Shown piece by piece: positions 36,901-49,070 of a stretch of 64,000 bases of DNA. The translations under genes were made by a program, and so were the position numbers. The number at the start of each line of letters is the position of its first letter. Position 1 is the stretch's first letter. Under the pieces are notes generated by a model that worked only from the letters and a program-made list of their open reading frames with translations, made no database searches and was not told where the DNA came from. This stretch comes from Eremomyces bilateralis CBS 781.70. Its lineage: Eukaryota. The DNA is taken from the NCBI GenBank assembly GCA_010015585.1, contig ML975161.1; one strand, given 5' to 3'.

Positions 36901-37982
36901 TGGCGTACTCCACGCTGTACCACCGAAAGGTGGCGTACGCCGCGAATTCCTTGCGACATCCCGGGGTCGAGAAGCTGGCTGATCTCCACGACCTCTTGAT
37001 TGACTCCGCCAAGAACGGGTATCTCTACGACCAGGTCACGTTCCATGACTATATCCGCTCGCAACCGGATATCACCCAGGTGATCCAGGCGCAGCGGGCC
37101 GGGCTGTCCAAGCCAGCGTATCAGGAGAGCATGGAGCAACTGCGATCCAAGAAGCGCAAGTCCACCGACAAGCCTCGATATAACAAAAGCCACATCATCG
37201 ACCACATCTACTTCCAAGTTCTCCAACCCCGCGTGCAGGCCATTCTCCGCCGCTCCTTCGCCCGCATCGCCCATCTCGCCTCCCCCGCCCCCGACCCCAC
37301 CCTCCTCGCCCGCTACCACCACCTCGCCCACAGCGCCGCCCACGACCCGTCCTCCGTCCTCCGCACCACCCTCATCACCGAACTCGACGCCCTTCTCTCC
37401 GCCCTCCGCACCCTCTACGCCCTCCACTGGGCCGCCCCCTCCCGTCACGCCATGGAGCTCGCCGACCGCGACCCCTCCGCCAACGCCTCCCTCGACCAGC
37501 TCGACCGGCGCATCGCGGACTGCCACGTGCGGTACACTGACATCCTCCCACATGACCCCACTCATCCGACCATCGCCGAGTGGCTCATCCCCGCCGCCCC
37601 CGGCATACCGACCTCCTGGGCCATCCTCAAAGCCAGCGCGCTGTACGCAGTCATCTCGGGGGAGGCACGGGACCCGGACCGCCGGTCACCGCGGAAACCG
37701 GGACTACACCGCGCGGCGGGTAGTGGCGGGTTGGCGCGGCAGGGGGAGAAGTTCCTGTGGTATATGGCAGGGACGGAGTTGGCGCGGATGAAGGCGTTTC
37801 GGGAGGGGGGGCGGGCGAGAGTGTTGGTGGAGAGGATGTGGGCGGGGATGAAGCCGAGGAGGATACGGGTGGAGTTGGAAGGGGGTGAGGAAAGGGGGAA
37901 GGAGGTGGAGGAGGTGGAGAAAGAGGTGGGGGTGGATGGGTTTGATAGTGATGAGTTTCATTCTGCGGCAGAGGGTTGGTGA
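33906..37982 (+). CDS. qde-1: Cellular RNA-dependent RNA polymerase, QDE-1-like (RNAi/quelling)
   Basis: About 1360-aa intronless ORF with DGC, FQGRIAGAKGMW, LVARNPAL, DVVVFP and catalytic GGDYDGD followed by WICWE. Confidence 0.92.
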   Translation: MPQLHSLSTPSGIRTYSPGHQTPGNITPLSKRSLTSKYKHSHYMVNGAIRELNRRWMFGFQERPSLDDPTSHSFDHGASIRAFDGILALFFHNSWDEFIELHEDHWDSLPQHARLDRFLDALDTFRETSRSAGKGKRSESTPQMSPVSSFAEKLQKAGTPIPKRRRTPSFGEGHAATPFLAAPILPPPKKRISNGDSASVPYTTAQSTSGAPPSNMLPPAAQLNWSFGSTVPSANASFGAVFDSNRLSRNTSFTTVPTEPDEDFYKEPLQQEDPGLDFGCPPSSSDPLAGFTDSQLELVFRENNSQDQPQVPEPPRRDGNGRTEMSIVRDFPSKGLHIDFFNELLHLDFFKRFECARVSIDTDRKVKTIWPKVQCADDYESFWSPVKQFPLIARPSLKAWQAGRVQSPNVYYTAELKYNKDRYNIFKLILNPITVEETSNRLHRKFGSHRFLHLSFPLRNHLPDFLRGQETHLFDRFREWTAKPKHFLGCSWEVFYCKEKKVRAKSRKMKSDDDFGLRIVLFATQGPRIKDVSIHELLDWFMPLQSNAQMTYCKGFARLDLALSATYPSVKLKPSEVKFTRDKLADGNPEACEFDDPDFPRSSVAYDFDPDRVMDDGCQVMSVGLAREIWLTLGAEGPLPAAFQGRIAGAKGMWYRSAPSDTTDPHNLQRWIRINDSQLKFKSHSEDLSDDKNYDPDRLTFEVHSYTKKPAPGAIYVDFLPILVNRGVPVGVLQDIVSRPLDEDEKELLDGLENPELCRQWIHKRHAYFEDMHREADSPMLYQGSMPFGQLERAILLLESGFDIHLGLLGDLMQGIAKSYFEDTLKTMRIDCEKCVNLKGIADHSGTLSPGEIHVCFSESIGDGLAQFINQEVLVARNPALRVSDIQKVRAVFKMELAHLQDVVVFPTRGCFPFAARLQGGDYDGDTFWICWEKSIVDPFRNAPAPTKSPNTGDYGVEVDRRTLGDVLKPAPEGGTPDVRDYINESIKFRSKDILGNMLAYSTLYHRKVAYAANSLRHPGVEKLADLHDLLIDSAKNGYLYDQVTFHDYIRSQPDITQVIQAQRAGLSKPAYQESMEQLRSKKRKSTDKPRYNKSHIIDHIYFQVLQPRVQAILRRSFARIAHLASPAPDPTLLARYHHLAHSAAHDPSSVLRTTLITELDALLSALRTLYALHWAAPSRHAMELADRDPSANASLDQLDRRIADCHVRYTDILPHDPTHPTIAEWLIPAAPGIPTSWAILKASALYAVISGEARDPDRRSPRKPGLHRAAGSGGLARQGEKFLWYMAGTELARMKAFREGGRARVLVERMWAGMKPRRIRVELEGGEERGKEVEEVEKEVGVDGFDSDEFHSAAEGW

Positions 37983-38339
37983 TGGGGATGAGTGTGGGGA
38001 TGACTTTTGGATTTCAGACGAGGTGATGGACGATGCACATCGAACCGAATCAGTTCGTCCCGGTCGGTACCTCTTGTTTTATTGCCCTGTATGTCGCCAT
38101 TCATTGGACTGACCGATTTTTGTGTGTATGATACCATCTTAACGACTTTTGTTACACGCCCTATGCGGAATCTATCCCGACTGGGACCCCGTTTGTTTCT
38201 ACTTGCGCCAACTCCTTCCCATGCTTTTCATAAACACCGCGTGATTTGCATACGGGTTCTACCACCTGCCCGTATAGAAACCCTGTTTTCCCAGAGAAGC
38301 GCAACCAACATGGCGGAACCTTGAACAATGCCTTCCGTC

Positions 38340-39935
38340 TCACAACTCCCGTTCCCACAGACCACGTCCCAAAATAGCGGAAACCCTCCGTCCAATGCCG
38401 CATAGCAACTCGCCCACGCGGACGTGCATCCCAGGTTGCCGCCGTCCGATATACCAGCCAATAACGCCGACCAGCACCGCACCGGTGACGAGCAGTTGCC
38501 GTCGATGCTTCCACACGTTGGCGCGGAACCGTCGCTTGGCGTGCGCCCACTCCCGCGCCTTGTCTTCGGCCACCTGCCTCCTCTTCATCTCCTCCGCCAA
38601 GGTATGGAATAGCCCCTCGCCGTTCTCGAGCGTCTGCGTCGCTACGCGGTGGACCGGGGACGTCGATTTGAGCACCGACGACGCGGGGATGAGCTTCCAG
38701 GGTCGCGGACGGAAGATGAGGGGCGGCGGCGCGGGAAGGGACTTAGGGAGTTGGGTGAACTTTAGGGTTTCGGGGGGGTAGCAGCGGAAGAGGTCGGAGC
38801 ATCGGGAGAGCAGGGTTTCGAGGATCAGAGGGCGGGGGAGGGAAGAGAGGGTGGCGTGGAGTTCGGGGTCGGAAGGGTCTAGGTCGAAGAGCTCTAACCG
38901 GCGATTGAGGATGATCTGGGAGATTGGTATTAGAACGTAGGTCGGGTCGGAAGATGGCAACATACCGTGGCAAAGAGGTATATCGACATGACGGCTTCGT
39001 TCGCCAGGAGGAAATCAAACAGCCGTGCGATATCTCCGTATCCTTGGATCTCGTGCGCGTACATGGTCAAGGTCGCCGACAGCGCGAAGAAGGGTTGGAT
39101 CCGACTCAAATGATGACTGAGTTTCCGGTCGACGGCGCCTATGATGGGAAACAGGAGGTGCAGATGCGCCATCGCCGCGGTCAGTGTGGGGAGCATGAAG
39201 TCCCGGATTCGCAGCAACGAGAGGCGCGCCACGGCGGGGACAGCGGAATCGCTTCCGAGAACCAGGAGGAACACTTGGACGATGTCGTGGTAGCCTTGGA
39301 AGTAACAGAGGCACGGATGTGTGCGAAGGGTGCGGACGATGAGCTGCTGGAGTTCGGCGCGGCGTCGCTCCAGCTCGCTGCCTGACATATCTGTGATCGA
39401 TACGGTCAGCCTGTTCGATCCTGCGGTTCTAGGTGTATGGATGCTTTCATACCGAGTGGGTAGTACACGAAGGATCGATCGACATCCAGCTGCACCTGAT
39501 GTTCGTCCCGGTGTTCTGGCCACTCTTTCCACGCCGTCTCATCCCCCGGCGATGGTTCGGGGTCGTCGGCTGCGCGTGTGCAGCCCAGTAAGATCGGCCC
39601 TATCGACGACGTTAGCACCGCCAGCGGACGGCAGCGTGCATAGGCGACGTACATGCCTTGCGGCGAAGGGAATCCTCGAGCAGACCGCCAGGACTGATAG
39701 CCAAGCGGGCGACGGCGTCGAAGTCGGCGTTCTGGCACGCCTCGTGGATCAGGGAAGCTTTCTGCTCCCGATCGTCGGGGGTCATGGCGTCGGAATTAGA
39801 GTCGCGGGCATTGCGGTGCTCGTCGGCGACGCTGGACAGCAGTTCCTGGAGGGTTTCGAAGGGGTGGTCCGGGGGATGGTCGGAGGGGGAAGAATTGTCG
39901 CTCAGGGAGGGTTGCACGACGGATGAAGGGTCCAT
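38340..39935 (-). CDS. GYP8: TBC-domain Rab GTPase-activating protein, Gyp8/TBC1D20-like, 4 exons
   Basis: Spliced LRRKAWPILLG, QVQLDVDRSF (Arg finger), YFQGYHDI (Gln finger) and a C-terminal TM segment. Confidence 0.88.
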
Positions 39936-41413
39936 GGACGCGGCAGGTCAAAGGCTCTGCCCATGTTCTAGAACAGGTGTGGTTTTAAGAGAGGGATTTT
40001 GGGATTGTCGGGCCATGGGTGGGAAATAGGTGTGCTCCATCACTGGCATCAATCATCATCCATATATTTCTTTTCCACGTCACCTGTCGCGACTCTCTCC
40101 TCTCTATCATCACTGGCCTCCAAACAAAAATGGAGTCAGGCGACAAGGCGTATATCAGACAGTTAGTACATGTCACGTGGTGTAATCTGCAATTCATGGA
40201 ATTCATTCCATTTGAACATTGAACACTAAATAGTAAATACACTCCGTAATCAATCTAACTCCGCATCGCTCAGTGACACTCACATACAATGAAACCGTGA
40301 GGTGTGCTAAAATTGTAGCCCTGCCTTGCAGCTGGTGCTCGTGCTCATCCTCCATCGCTTATAGTTTATATATATGCACCGGTCGAAAAAGCAATGGCCG
40401 CTTAATCCCCAATCGTTCGGCAGCCCGAGATATGTGGAGGTGATTCAGGCGGGCTGTCCCGAAAAGGAGCTCCCATCCAGCTCCATCCAATAATCCAAGG
40501 GACCATGACTCCATGAGACTTTGAGAGACGAGAATTGATCGGTCACAGACTAGTTCACATCCTGGAATGATTGATCACTGCGGCGTCTAGGACCAGCATG
40601 CTGCAAATCTCGACAAGTTGCATATCAGATCTGCATCCGATGATCGATCCAGTCACACCCATCTCCCTAATACAACTTCAAAAGCGAAAATGCTCTCTGC
40701 TTGTTCCTTATCCGGACGTCCCACTACCATGCTGAGCCTTCTCTGACTGCGTTCCATGGCCTACTGTCGTGTTGCAGTGGTTGCATGCACTATCCGACGC
40801 AGTGCAACATCCACCAATATCTCCTCAAATCATCCATCATCGATCGTCGTGTTGGGCGGACTCCCGATTCTTCCTGCGAGCATCACGGCGCGCCAGCCAA
40901 GTCCCTTGCTGTGGATTCCCCAGGTATCCTGATCGAAATCGACATCGGTATCTCGGCTGGCCTGTAGATGCGGCTACCCGCAGAAATCGAGGCATCAAAC
41001 CCTGCATTTCCTAAACCTCCTCCATCTCCTCCCACTGCACAGCCATTGCTGAAAGGGCTGCCATATACCAGTAGGATTGCGGTGTGCATACAGGCTGAGA
41101 AAGGACGCGTTGGTTTATTCTCTTTCTCAGTTCCTTTCCCGCGCTTACCGTTGTGAAACACCACTGGCTTGACCTACGACGCGCCACCGACCATCGCACC
41201 ATCCAGTCCAGAAGCCTCTTTGCTCGCCGATTCAGCTTCCTTGGATCCTTCCGCCGTTTATATATATTCTGTGACCAAATCCGATTTTTCGTCGTTCATT
41301 CTCTCAGATTTCCTTTCTCTCGAATTTTGCCTCTGATGCGCTCCACTGCCGCGTCCTTTTAGGGACCTTGGGCAGGAGTTGGCGTTAGTAAAGGAGACGA
41401 AGTCGGAACCATC

Positions 41414-44400
41414 ATGGACGATCCGATGCAGGTCGAGACCCACGTCATGGTCGACGGGCAATATCAGACGCGTCGAGCAAACCTTCGCGATATCCTTGCA
41501 ACGCAACGCGTAAAGACGGCACAAAAACAAGAGGTGCCCAAGTCACTCCATGCTGGTCCGTATATCGGCATAGTGTCTCGAACTCTGCTTCATTCGCCGA
41601 TGATCAATCATGTCTTTCCTGCACGAATTCGCCGGGGGGATAAGAACGATTTGGTGTTCGTCGGCGAGGACTTTGTGCATGTCAAGGAGGCTTCCCCGGA
41701 CGGCTCCCTTCATCATGTGGCTTTCCATGCCACAGACAGCCACATCCGTGCCGCAGCCATCCTAGGAACCCCTTCTGTAGATCATTCGGTGGAAGGAGAA
41801 GGCTTATCGAAGCCAAAAGTCAAAGATGAGCATGGTGTCCAAAAGGTGCTACCACCGGAGATTTTGGTCTGTACCCTACAGAGTGGTAATCTCCAGTTCA
41901 TATGGCCCGAAAACAGGCTCGGAGCAACCCAGTTCCGCATCGTCTCATTCGCACTCCCGATCGATATCAGCCACCTGAAAACGTTCGGGAAGCATCTCGC
42001 TGTGGATGCGCACGGACGTGCCATTGCAGTGGCTCCATCTGAAGGTGGCGTCATGTTCTATAATCTCTTGCCGCGGAAAGAGATGGAGGCCATGTGGGAG
42101 GCATCCCCTGAAGAATTTCATCCGTTCAAGAATGAGACCGCCATCGCTATCAACGGCACCATTCTGAACATGACGTTCTTGCAGCCATCTACCAATCCCC
42201 AGGAGAAGCACGTTGCGAGCCTCGTGGTCATCTTCAAGGCCGTGACGAAGGTGCGAATGATGTGTTATGAATGGGACGTCAGAGACGCCAATCCCAAAAT
42301 CGACACGGTCGTCAAAGGATATCCCATGTCGCACGGTACGTCACCCATTGTTGAACCCTATGGCCAGTACATTGAACATGCCTGCAGAAATAAAAAATCC
42401 ACAAATGATCATCCCCTTGGAGCGATCTCGGTCATTTTGCGTGGTTTCCGATAACCTCATAACCCATATCACTGGGATTCAAACCAGGGACCCGGTTTTC
42501 CGCGGCCCGTTACCACTGAACTCCGCTGAGCCACGGTATCCCGGGCTCTCGAGAAGTTCTCCGCTTTGTACACACTGGTCTCGAGCCATTCGACATGCAG
42601 ATTGGAAGGACCAGAAACAGGAAGCATTCTACGTGGTGCGCGAGGACGGGCAAGTCATTTATATCGAGGCTACTGAAACCGGGGTGTCTATGCAGGCAAC
42701 GGTGGGCATCTTTGATTGCCACATAAACAAGGCATTCGCAGCTTTCATGATCGGGGATGAGTTGAGAGAGCCCGATTATCTCATCGCATCGGGCTCCATG
42801 AGCGAGGGTCAGTTGTTGAAAATTGGTGGTGAGGTCCCGGAAGACTTTACGCATCCGACTCGAGAGACGTCGTTAGACCCTCAGTCGGTTCAGACCTTGC
42901 GAGACTGGGCCCCGACCCCGGACATGATTCTCACCAATTTGCAATCGCTATCGCCAGGGCAGGGTCGTCCAGAACGAAGGCCCCTCAACTATCCTTCGAT
43001 CTTCACCACCGCCGGCAATGAGCCGTACGGTGCAATCGTGGAACAACGCATTGGTCTCGAGCTCCGGAACGGTACCATGGTCGATAGTGATCTTTTCCTC
43101 GGCACCACCAAGCTTTGGACGTTCTGGGATGCCGATATGGCCATGTACATTCTGGCTTCGCGTGCCGAAGAAAGCAACCTGTTCCGCATTCAGGACGGCG
43201 ATCTCATCGATGAAGAGCTCACGTCGGCGAACTGTGGTTTCAATCCGGAACGCCCCACGGTGGCTGCAGGTGACTTTGGTCAATACGTCGTGCAAGTCAC
43301 TCCGGAAGCGGCTTTTGTGTGCAGTCCGACTCATGAAGGTATCGCTTTGCCACAGGACCACACGTTCTTTGCAACTTCCGGAGGCAAGTTCGTGGCTGCG
43401 GACATCGATCAGTCCAGCATGACCATCGCCTTCGTCTCGAGGCAAGACAACCGCAGCCACCTTCACCTAGTGGAATTTGACGAGGACGAGGCGGGTGGCA
43501 TGTATGATCGGAATTGGGGAACGGTCCCCCTTCCATCAGTGGAAGTGACCTGTATACGCAACATGAGCAGGGAGGACGCGCATGTCGTCTTCCTTGGACT
43601 GTCAGACGGGACGATCGCCGTGTTTCCCGCGAGCCCAGGAGCTGGCTTATCGTCGCCGTTCTTCCTCCCGTTGAGTGGTGAGCCTGCCAGCACAGTGGAG
43701 ACGCACGTGGCAGAAACTGTCACGGTGTTGGAGAATATTGGATCTGCCAACGAGGACGGCGATGAGTTCAAACTGTTGTGCGGTCTTCGAAACGGTGAAC
43801 TATGCCATGACACGTTTATTCTGCGGGCTACCGATGCAGGAGAGACCGAGATAGGTGAGCAGATCATTCCCAGCAGTTAAAGCAGTCCTAACCGTGTTTA
43901 GTCTTCAAGGGCCAAATGGCGTTCATCAGGATCGGACAATCGAGTCTATTTATCACAGATTCCCGCGAGAGCTCGGCAGCCAAATACGCGTACGGGGTCT
44001 GTGGATCGGTGATCGTCACAATATTCTGTGATACCTTAGATTTTGTGAATGTGGAGCGCGTCTGGATCGCCGATCAACACAGATCTGCTTTCAGGCAGCC
44101 TACCGTTTGTACACTGGCCGCGATCCCCTTATGCCAAGTTCAGAATCACAAGGATGAGGTCGCGTTGGCTTACATCGTCGGAGAACATTTGTACTTGGGC
44201 ACCACGAGCACACAAGTCAAGCCAGTCCCAAGACGAATCGACATCTCGGGCTCTCCTGAACGAATCATGTATTCGCCTTTCCTCAAGGCGTTCATTGTTT
44301 CTTCCGTTCGAACTGAAATTCGGAACGGTAGAGGGCGATCGGATCCGGACAAGAGAATCAAGCGCGGTGTGATCTACGTCGTCAAGCCTGATGGAGGTGC

Positions 44401-45984
44401 CGACGAAATTAGCACCCTGGGCATTAAACAGGAGGAAGGCGAAAATTCCCGGGAAAGTCTGATCCTGGGAGCCTTTGATTTGTACCCTAGCGAAAGGGTA
44501 CATTCACTATGCGAATGGGAGCTCCAACTCCAGCAAAGGCGGATGAAGGATGTCATGATCTTGGTCGGTACGAGCTACACCAAGAGACGCAGTAACCGCC
44601 TAGAAGAGCTTGGGCGAATTATCATCCTACGCATTGCCCTGGCCAAGGATGGGACGTGCAAGTTCGCGGTCCTGCAAAAACTGGAAGTTCCAGCTCCTGT
44701 CCGAGCGGTGGCTTCGTACGAAAAGGATGGCGTGGTCATGTGCACGGGGAAGAATCTGGTCTTGAAACGATACTCGAAAGAAAGGAAAAGGTAAGGAAGA
44801 TTATGCGTTTTACTAAGTCATTGAGCTAATTATCTACCAGGCTCCTGACCACCACTTCAATCGAGCTTCAAGCCCCGGGATACAGGATGTCAGTGTTGCC
44901 GCCTGTTATTCACGTCTCAACGGCAACCGACTCGGTGATGTCGTACAGAGTACAAAATCGGACCAATCCTTCAAACACAGCAGCCAACCCGGATCGGACC
45001 CATCCAGTCGAAGAGTTTGTCCTGTTTGGGTCAGACACTATCGCCCGCACCTCGGCAACGCATCTTGAGGTGACCATCGAGAACGACGCGCGATCACTGA
45101 ATGGAGTTCCATGGCTCAATATCAATGGAGAATCGAGCCCTAAGCTGCTGCTTGTGTCGGACAAAGACAAAGGCCTGGCGGCTCTATGGCAACCACCATC
45201 TCCCGACATCGATAGGGCGGGGGTGGACAACCGACCAGCATCCGAAATATCACTTAATCGATCCATCACGACGCTTCGCCAGCTTTCGAATCGTCCTCCG
45301 TGGAGGAATCCTTCTCAGTATCTCGCCGACGCGCAAGAACCTAGATCCCCCTCGGATAGTCCCACGGTACGCGGCGCCCTGGTGGACAACTTGCTCGGCT
45401 CCTCCCATGATGGTACGCTTTTCGCTTTTACCATCGTCGACGCGGCGTCCTGGAGACTTCTACGATTCCTTCAGAACCTGGTCACATCGGTCACGAAACT
45501 TACCGAGCAGCGTCCGGCTAACGGAAGCAACAAAGACAACGAGGAGGACGAGGAGGACGGGCGCACGTTGATGCAGCTGGGGTTCCTCGACCCGGACCGA
45601 CAGCTGCTCAACACGAACCGGCAAACGAACTTCCACATCAACGGCGACATCGTGATGGCACTTCTGAGGCCGGGAGGCGTGGACGATTTGGTTCGGATGC
45701 TGCACTTGATTCCCCGCAAACGGGAGGCCCCGCCTGGGGAACGGGCTCCCGGGGAACCGGAGAGCCAGGACTCGTGGGATCAGGAGTTCGGCATGGATCT
45801 CGACGAGGCGCTGGGGGATTACGAAGATAACCAGAGGAACAAGAGGGAGGTGAAAGAGCGGGTGGAGCGGTTCCGACAACTGGCGGCGGAATTTGGGACC
45901 GGTCAGCCGGCGGAGGATAAGCTTGAGGAGGTGGTTGAGCGAGTTTTGAAATGGGTCCGGGTCCTTTTGATGTCGCCCATGTAG
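41414..45984 (+). CDS. Mms1/DDB1/Rse1-family beta-propeller protein ('thermotolerance protein'-like), 4 exons
   Basis: Four ORFs joined by introns near 42336-42388, 43855-43901 and 44791-44840; PARIR...DLVFVGED, GKHLAVDAHGRAIAV, DWAP and C-terminal HINGDI. Confidence 0.8.
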
Positions 45985-46448
45985 GCTTTTTCGGCATTGG
46001 GGCGAGCGATGCATTCATGGAAGATTCCCCTGAAGGGAGGGAATTTGATGTAGGAGGGCATTATGAGTTCATGAGACGTGACGACGGGTGACTTTTTGGA
46101 TTAGCGATATTGAAGCAGAGGCGTAACCGTTTTCTCAATTTTGGCCATCCACAAACACACGACTCTATTCTACTAAAATCATGAATTGAAATACCGGGAA
46201 TGTCCAGTGTGAGATGCTGTAGGCGAGGTCTATTAAAAGCTCTGTCACTTCATCGGAACACACTCGGCCATGTCTCGGGCGTCCAACTCTTCAAGCTCAT
46301 TCAGCAGTGGTCAGGATGACGTATAGAGAATAGCTGAACGAGCTCCACTCCCCTTTCGACCCGTCCATATCATGGACGCGGTCTCGGCGAAAAAACCAAG
46401 AATGGACGCTCCACGGACACTTCTCGAGTTTCGCTCCTCAAACTCGAT

Positions 46449-48290
46449 ATGGCCTCCGCCGCATTGAAGAGCCGCGTCCGTCGGCCCGCGTACCTCAAAA
46501 AGCTGGCCAAGGCCGAAGACCTCATCCACCACTTCCCACACGGCTCATACATCGGATGGAGCGGTTTCACCGGGGTAGGATACCCAAAGTAAGTTGGCGC
46601 GGTCATTTGGCGATGGTAGGGACCAGTCGCTCATGCATCATAGGCAAATCCCGACCGCCCTCGCCGACCACGTCGAGAGGAACAACCTCCAGGGAAAGCT
46701 CAAGTATAACCTCTTCGTGGGAGCGTCGGCGGGAGCGGAGACAGAGAATCGATGGGCGAGGTTGAACATGATTGAGCGGCGGAGTCCGCATCAGGTACCA
46801 ACTTCTGTTTTGCGGGCATCGTTTCCGCCGCTGACGATCAGGGCAGGTTGGGAAGGAGATCTCCAAGGGGATCAATAATGGCAACATCAACTTCTTCGAC
46901 AAGCATCTGAGCATGTTCCCGGTCGATCTGATGTACGGGTTCTATACGCTGAAGAAGAAGAGCAACCGCATCGATGTGGTCGTGGTCGAAGCGACGGCGA
47001 TTACGGAGGATGGTGGAATCATCCCGGGAGCATCTGTCGGTATGGATTCCTATTGTGTCTGCCAGGGGCTCTACTGATGTTCTCTAGGTGCCACTCCTGA
47101 GCTGGTACAGATGGCGGATAAGGTCAGTCTATCTTCCTGTTGCTTTTGGATGGACTAGTGCTGATATACGCAGATTATCATCGAGGTCAATACGGCGACT
47201 CCATCATTCGAAGGCCTACACGATATTACCATGACGGATCTACCTCCGCGGCGAAAGCCATATCTGATCATGTGCCCGGAGGACCGTATCGGAACCCCTC
47301 ACATTCCCATCGACCCCGATCGCGTGGTGGCAATCGGTAAGCATGCACCGTGTTCAGAAAGACATCATCTAACGCAATACAGTCGAGTCCACATACCCCG
47401 ACCAGACTCAACCGAACGCTCCAGCCGACGCCAAATCCGAAGCCATTGCCGGGAACCTGGTCGAATTCCTCCAGCACGAAGTCAAGCACGGCCGACTGCC
47501 ACCGAACCTGCTTCCCATCCAATCCGGCATCGGCAACATCGCCAACGCCGTCATCGGCGGCCTGGCTTCTGGCGGCGCCAACTTCAAGAACCTCCGTGTC
47601 TGGACCGAAGTCCTCCAAGACGCCTTCCTCGACCTCTTCGATTCCGGCAATCTCGACTTCGCCACCGCGACCAGCATGCGTTTCAGCCCCGAAGGTTTCG
47701 ACCGCTTCTACGGCAACCTCCAACACTACGCTCCAAAGCTCCTCCTCCGCTCCCAGCAGGTCAGCAACAGCCCGGAGATCATCCGCCGCCTCGGCGTCAT
47801 CGGCATGAACACCCCCGTAGAGGTGGACATGTACGCCCACGCGAACAGCACCTGCGTCATGGGATCCCGCATGCTCAACGGCCTCGGCGGGTCCGCCGAT
47901 TTCCTCCGCTCCGCCAAATACAGTATCATGCACACACCATCCTCTCGCCCGTCCAAGACCGACCCGGACGGCATCAGCTGCATCGTGCCGATGTGCACGC
48001 ACATCGACCAGACGGAGCACGATCTGGACGTGGTGGTAACGGAGCAGGGACTGGCGGACGTGCGGGGCCTGTCGCCGCGCGAGCGGGCAAGGGAGATCAT
48101 CAAGAAAACCGCGCATCCGGACTATCAGCCGATTTTGCAGGATTACTTTGATCGGGCGGAGTTTGAGTGCTTGCGGAAGGGGATGGGGCATGAGCCGCAT
48201 ATGCTGTATAAAACGTTCAATATGCATCGGTATCTAGAGGAGAAGGGGACGATGAAGATCCCGAGCTGGGATTTCAAGTTTGATAGCTAG
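46449..48290 (+). CDS. ACH1: Acetyl-CoA hydrolase / acetate:succinate CoA-transferase, 6 exons
   Basis: [67 protein letters not shown]; five GT-AG introns. Confidence 0.96.
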
Positions 48291-48978
48291 GGAATTGTGC
48301 CAGCTGACCAGCTACGAGTGGAAGAGAGCTAGTTCGGAAGTAGGAGATGGGCACCTGGAATAGAGGGACTACATCATCCTGGTGTAATCAAACAGCAATA
48401 TAGCATGGCAGTTGAAATCTAGAAAGAGATTTATGTATGGACATACCTTTCGTTGTACCATTAGATGCCAAGTTCAATCAATATCTGTACAGTAGCACGG
48501 CCTTGAGCAGTATTGGAAAAGCTTTAGCTAGGAAAGCCGACGAGGGGAATTCTAACGCTCCTTCAGTGTTCATACCTCTTTTATAAAATCGCCGGGGCAT
48601 CATGAAGTAGGAATTCTCAGAAGATTTCAGATTCATTGCTCCATCTTGAACCATCAGGAACTTTTGATCTCCAAGTGCTGGTCTGGTTGCACCCCCACCG
48701 CTCAACGCCCAGCACGACAAAGGTGAATCCATGAAGCAGATACAGCCGTCACAGTTGATTAAAGATATCATAATAGTAATGATTACCAACGTAATACGTA
48801 CTACATCAAAAAGAAATGAATCCGCCAAAGAGTAACGCCTTGCCTCAGGATGGCTCTGTCCCATCACCAACATAACCACCGCGTCGCCGCACCACACCCC
48901 AATCTTTTCAAATCCTGACAGTGGTCGCTTTGAAGGTTTGAATTGAGATTGCGAAAGAAAAAAAATGCAAAAAGAAAT

Positions 48979-49070
48979 CGACACGAGCAGGATTCGAACC
49001 TGCGCCCTCGAAAGGACTGCCTTGTCTACTTGATAGCAGGGCAGCGCGTTAACCACTCCGCCATCGTGCC
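48979..49070 (-). tRNA. tRNA-Ser(GCT) with an 11-nt intron (49023-49033)
   Basis: Acceptor stem GGCACGA/TCGTGTC, D-loop AGTGGTTAA, anticodon stem CTGCC/GGCAG with GCT, long variable arm, GGTTCGAATCC, and downstream oligo-T Pol III terminator. Confidence 0.95.

Noticed and set aside
36339..37565. Long antisense ORFs (also 6303-7247, 20789-21517, 28057-28800, 47268-48227, 51752-52549)
   Set aside because: Shadow frames caused by high-GC codon bias of the real gene on the opposite strand; no recognisable motifs.
33906..37982. Endogenous viral RNA polymerase
   Set aside because: The catalytic motif is the cellular double-psi-barrel DxDGD, not the viral GDD palm, and no capsid or other viral gene is nearby.
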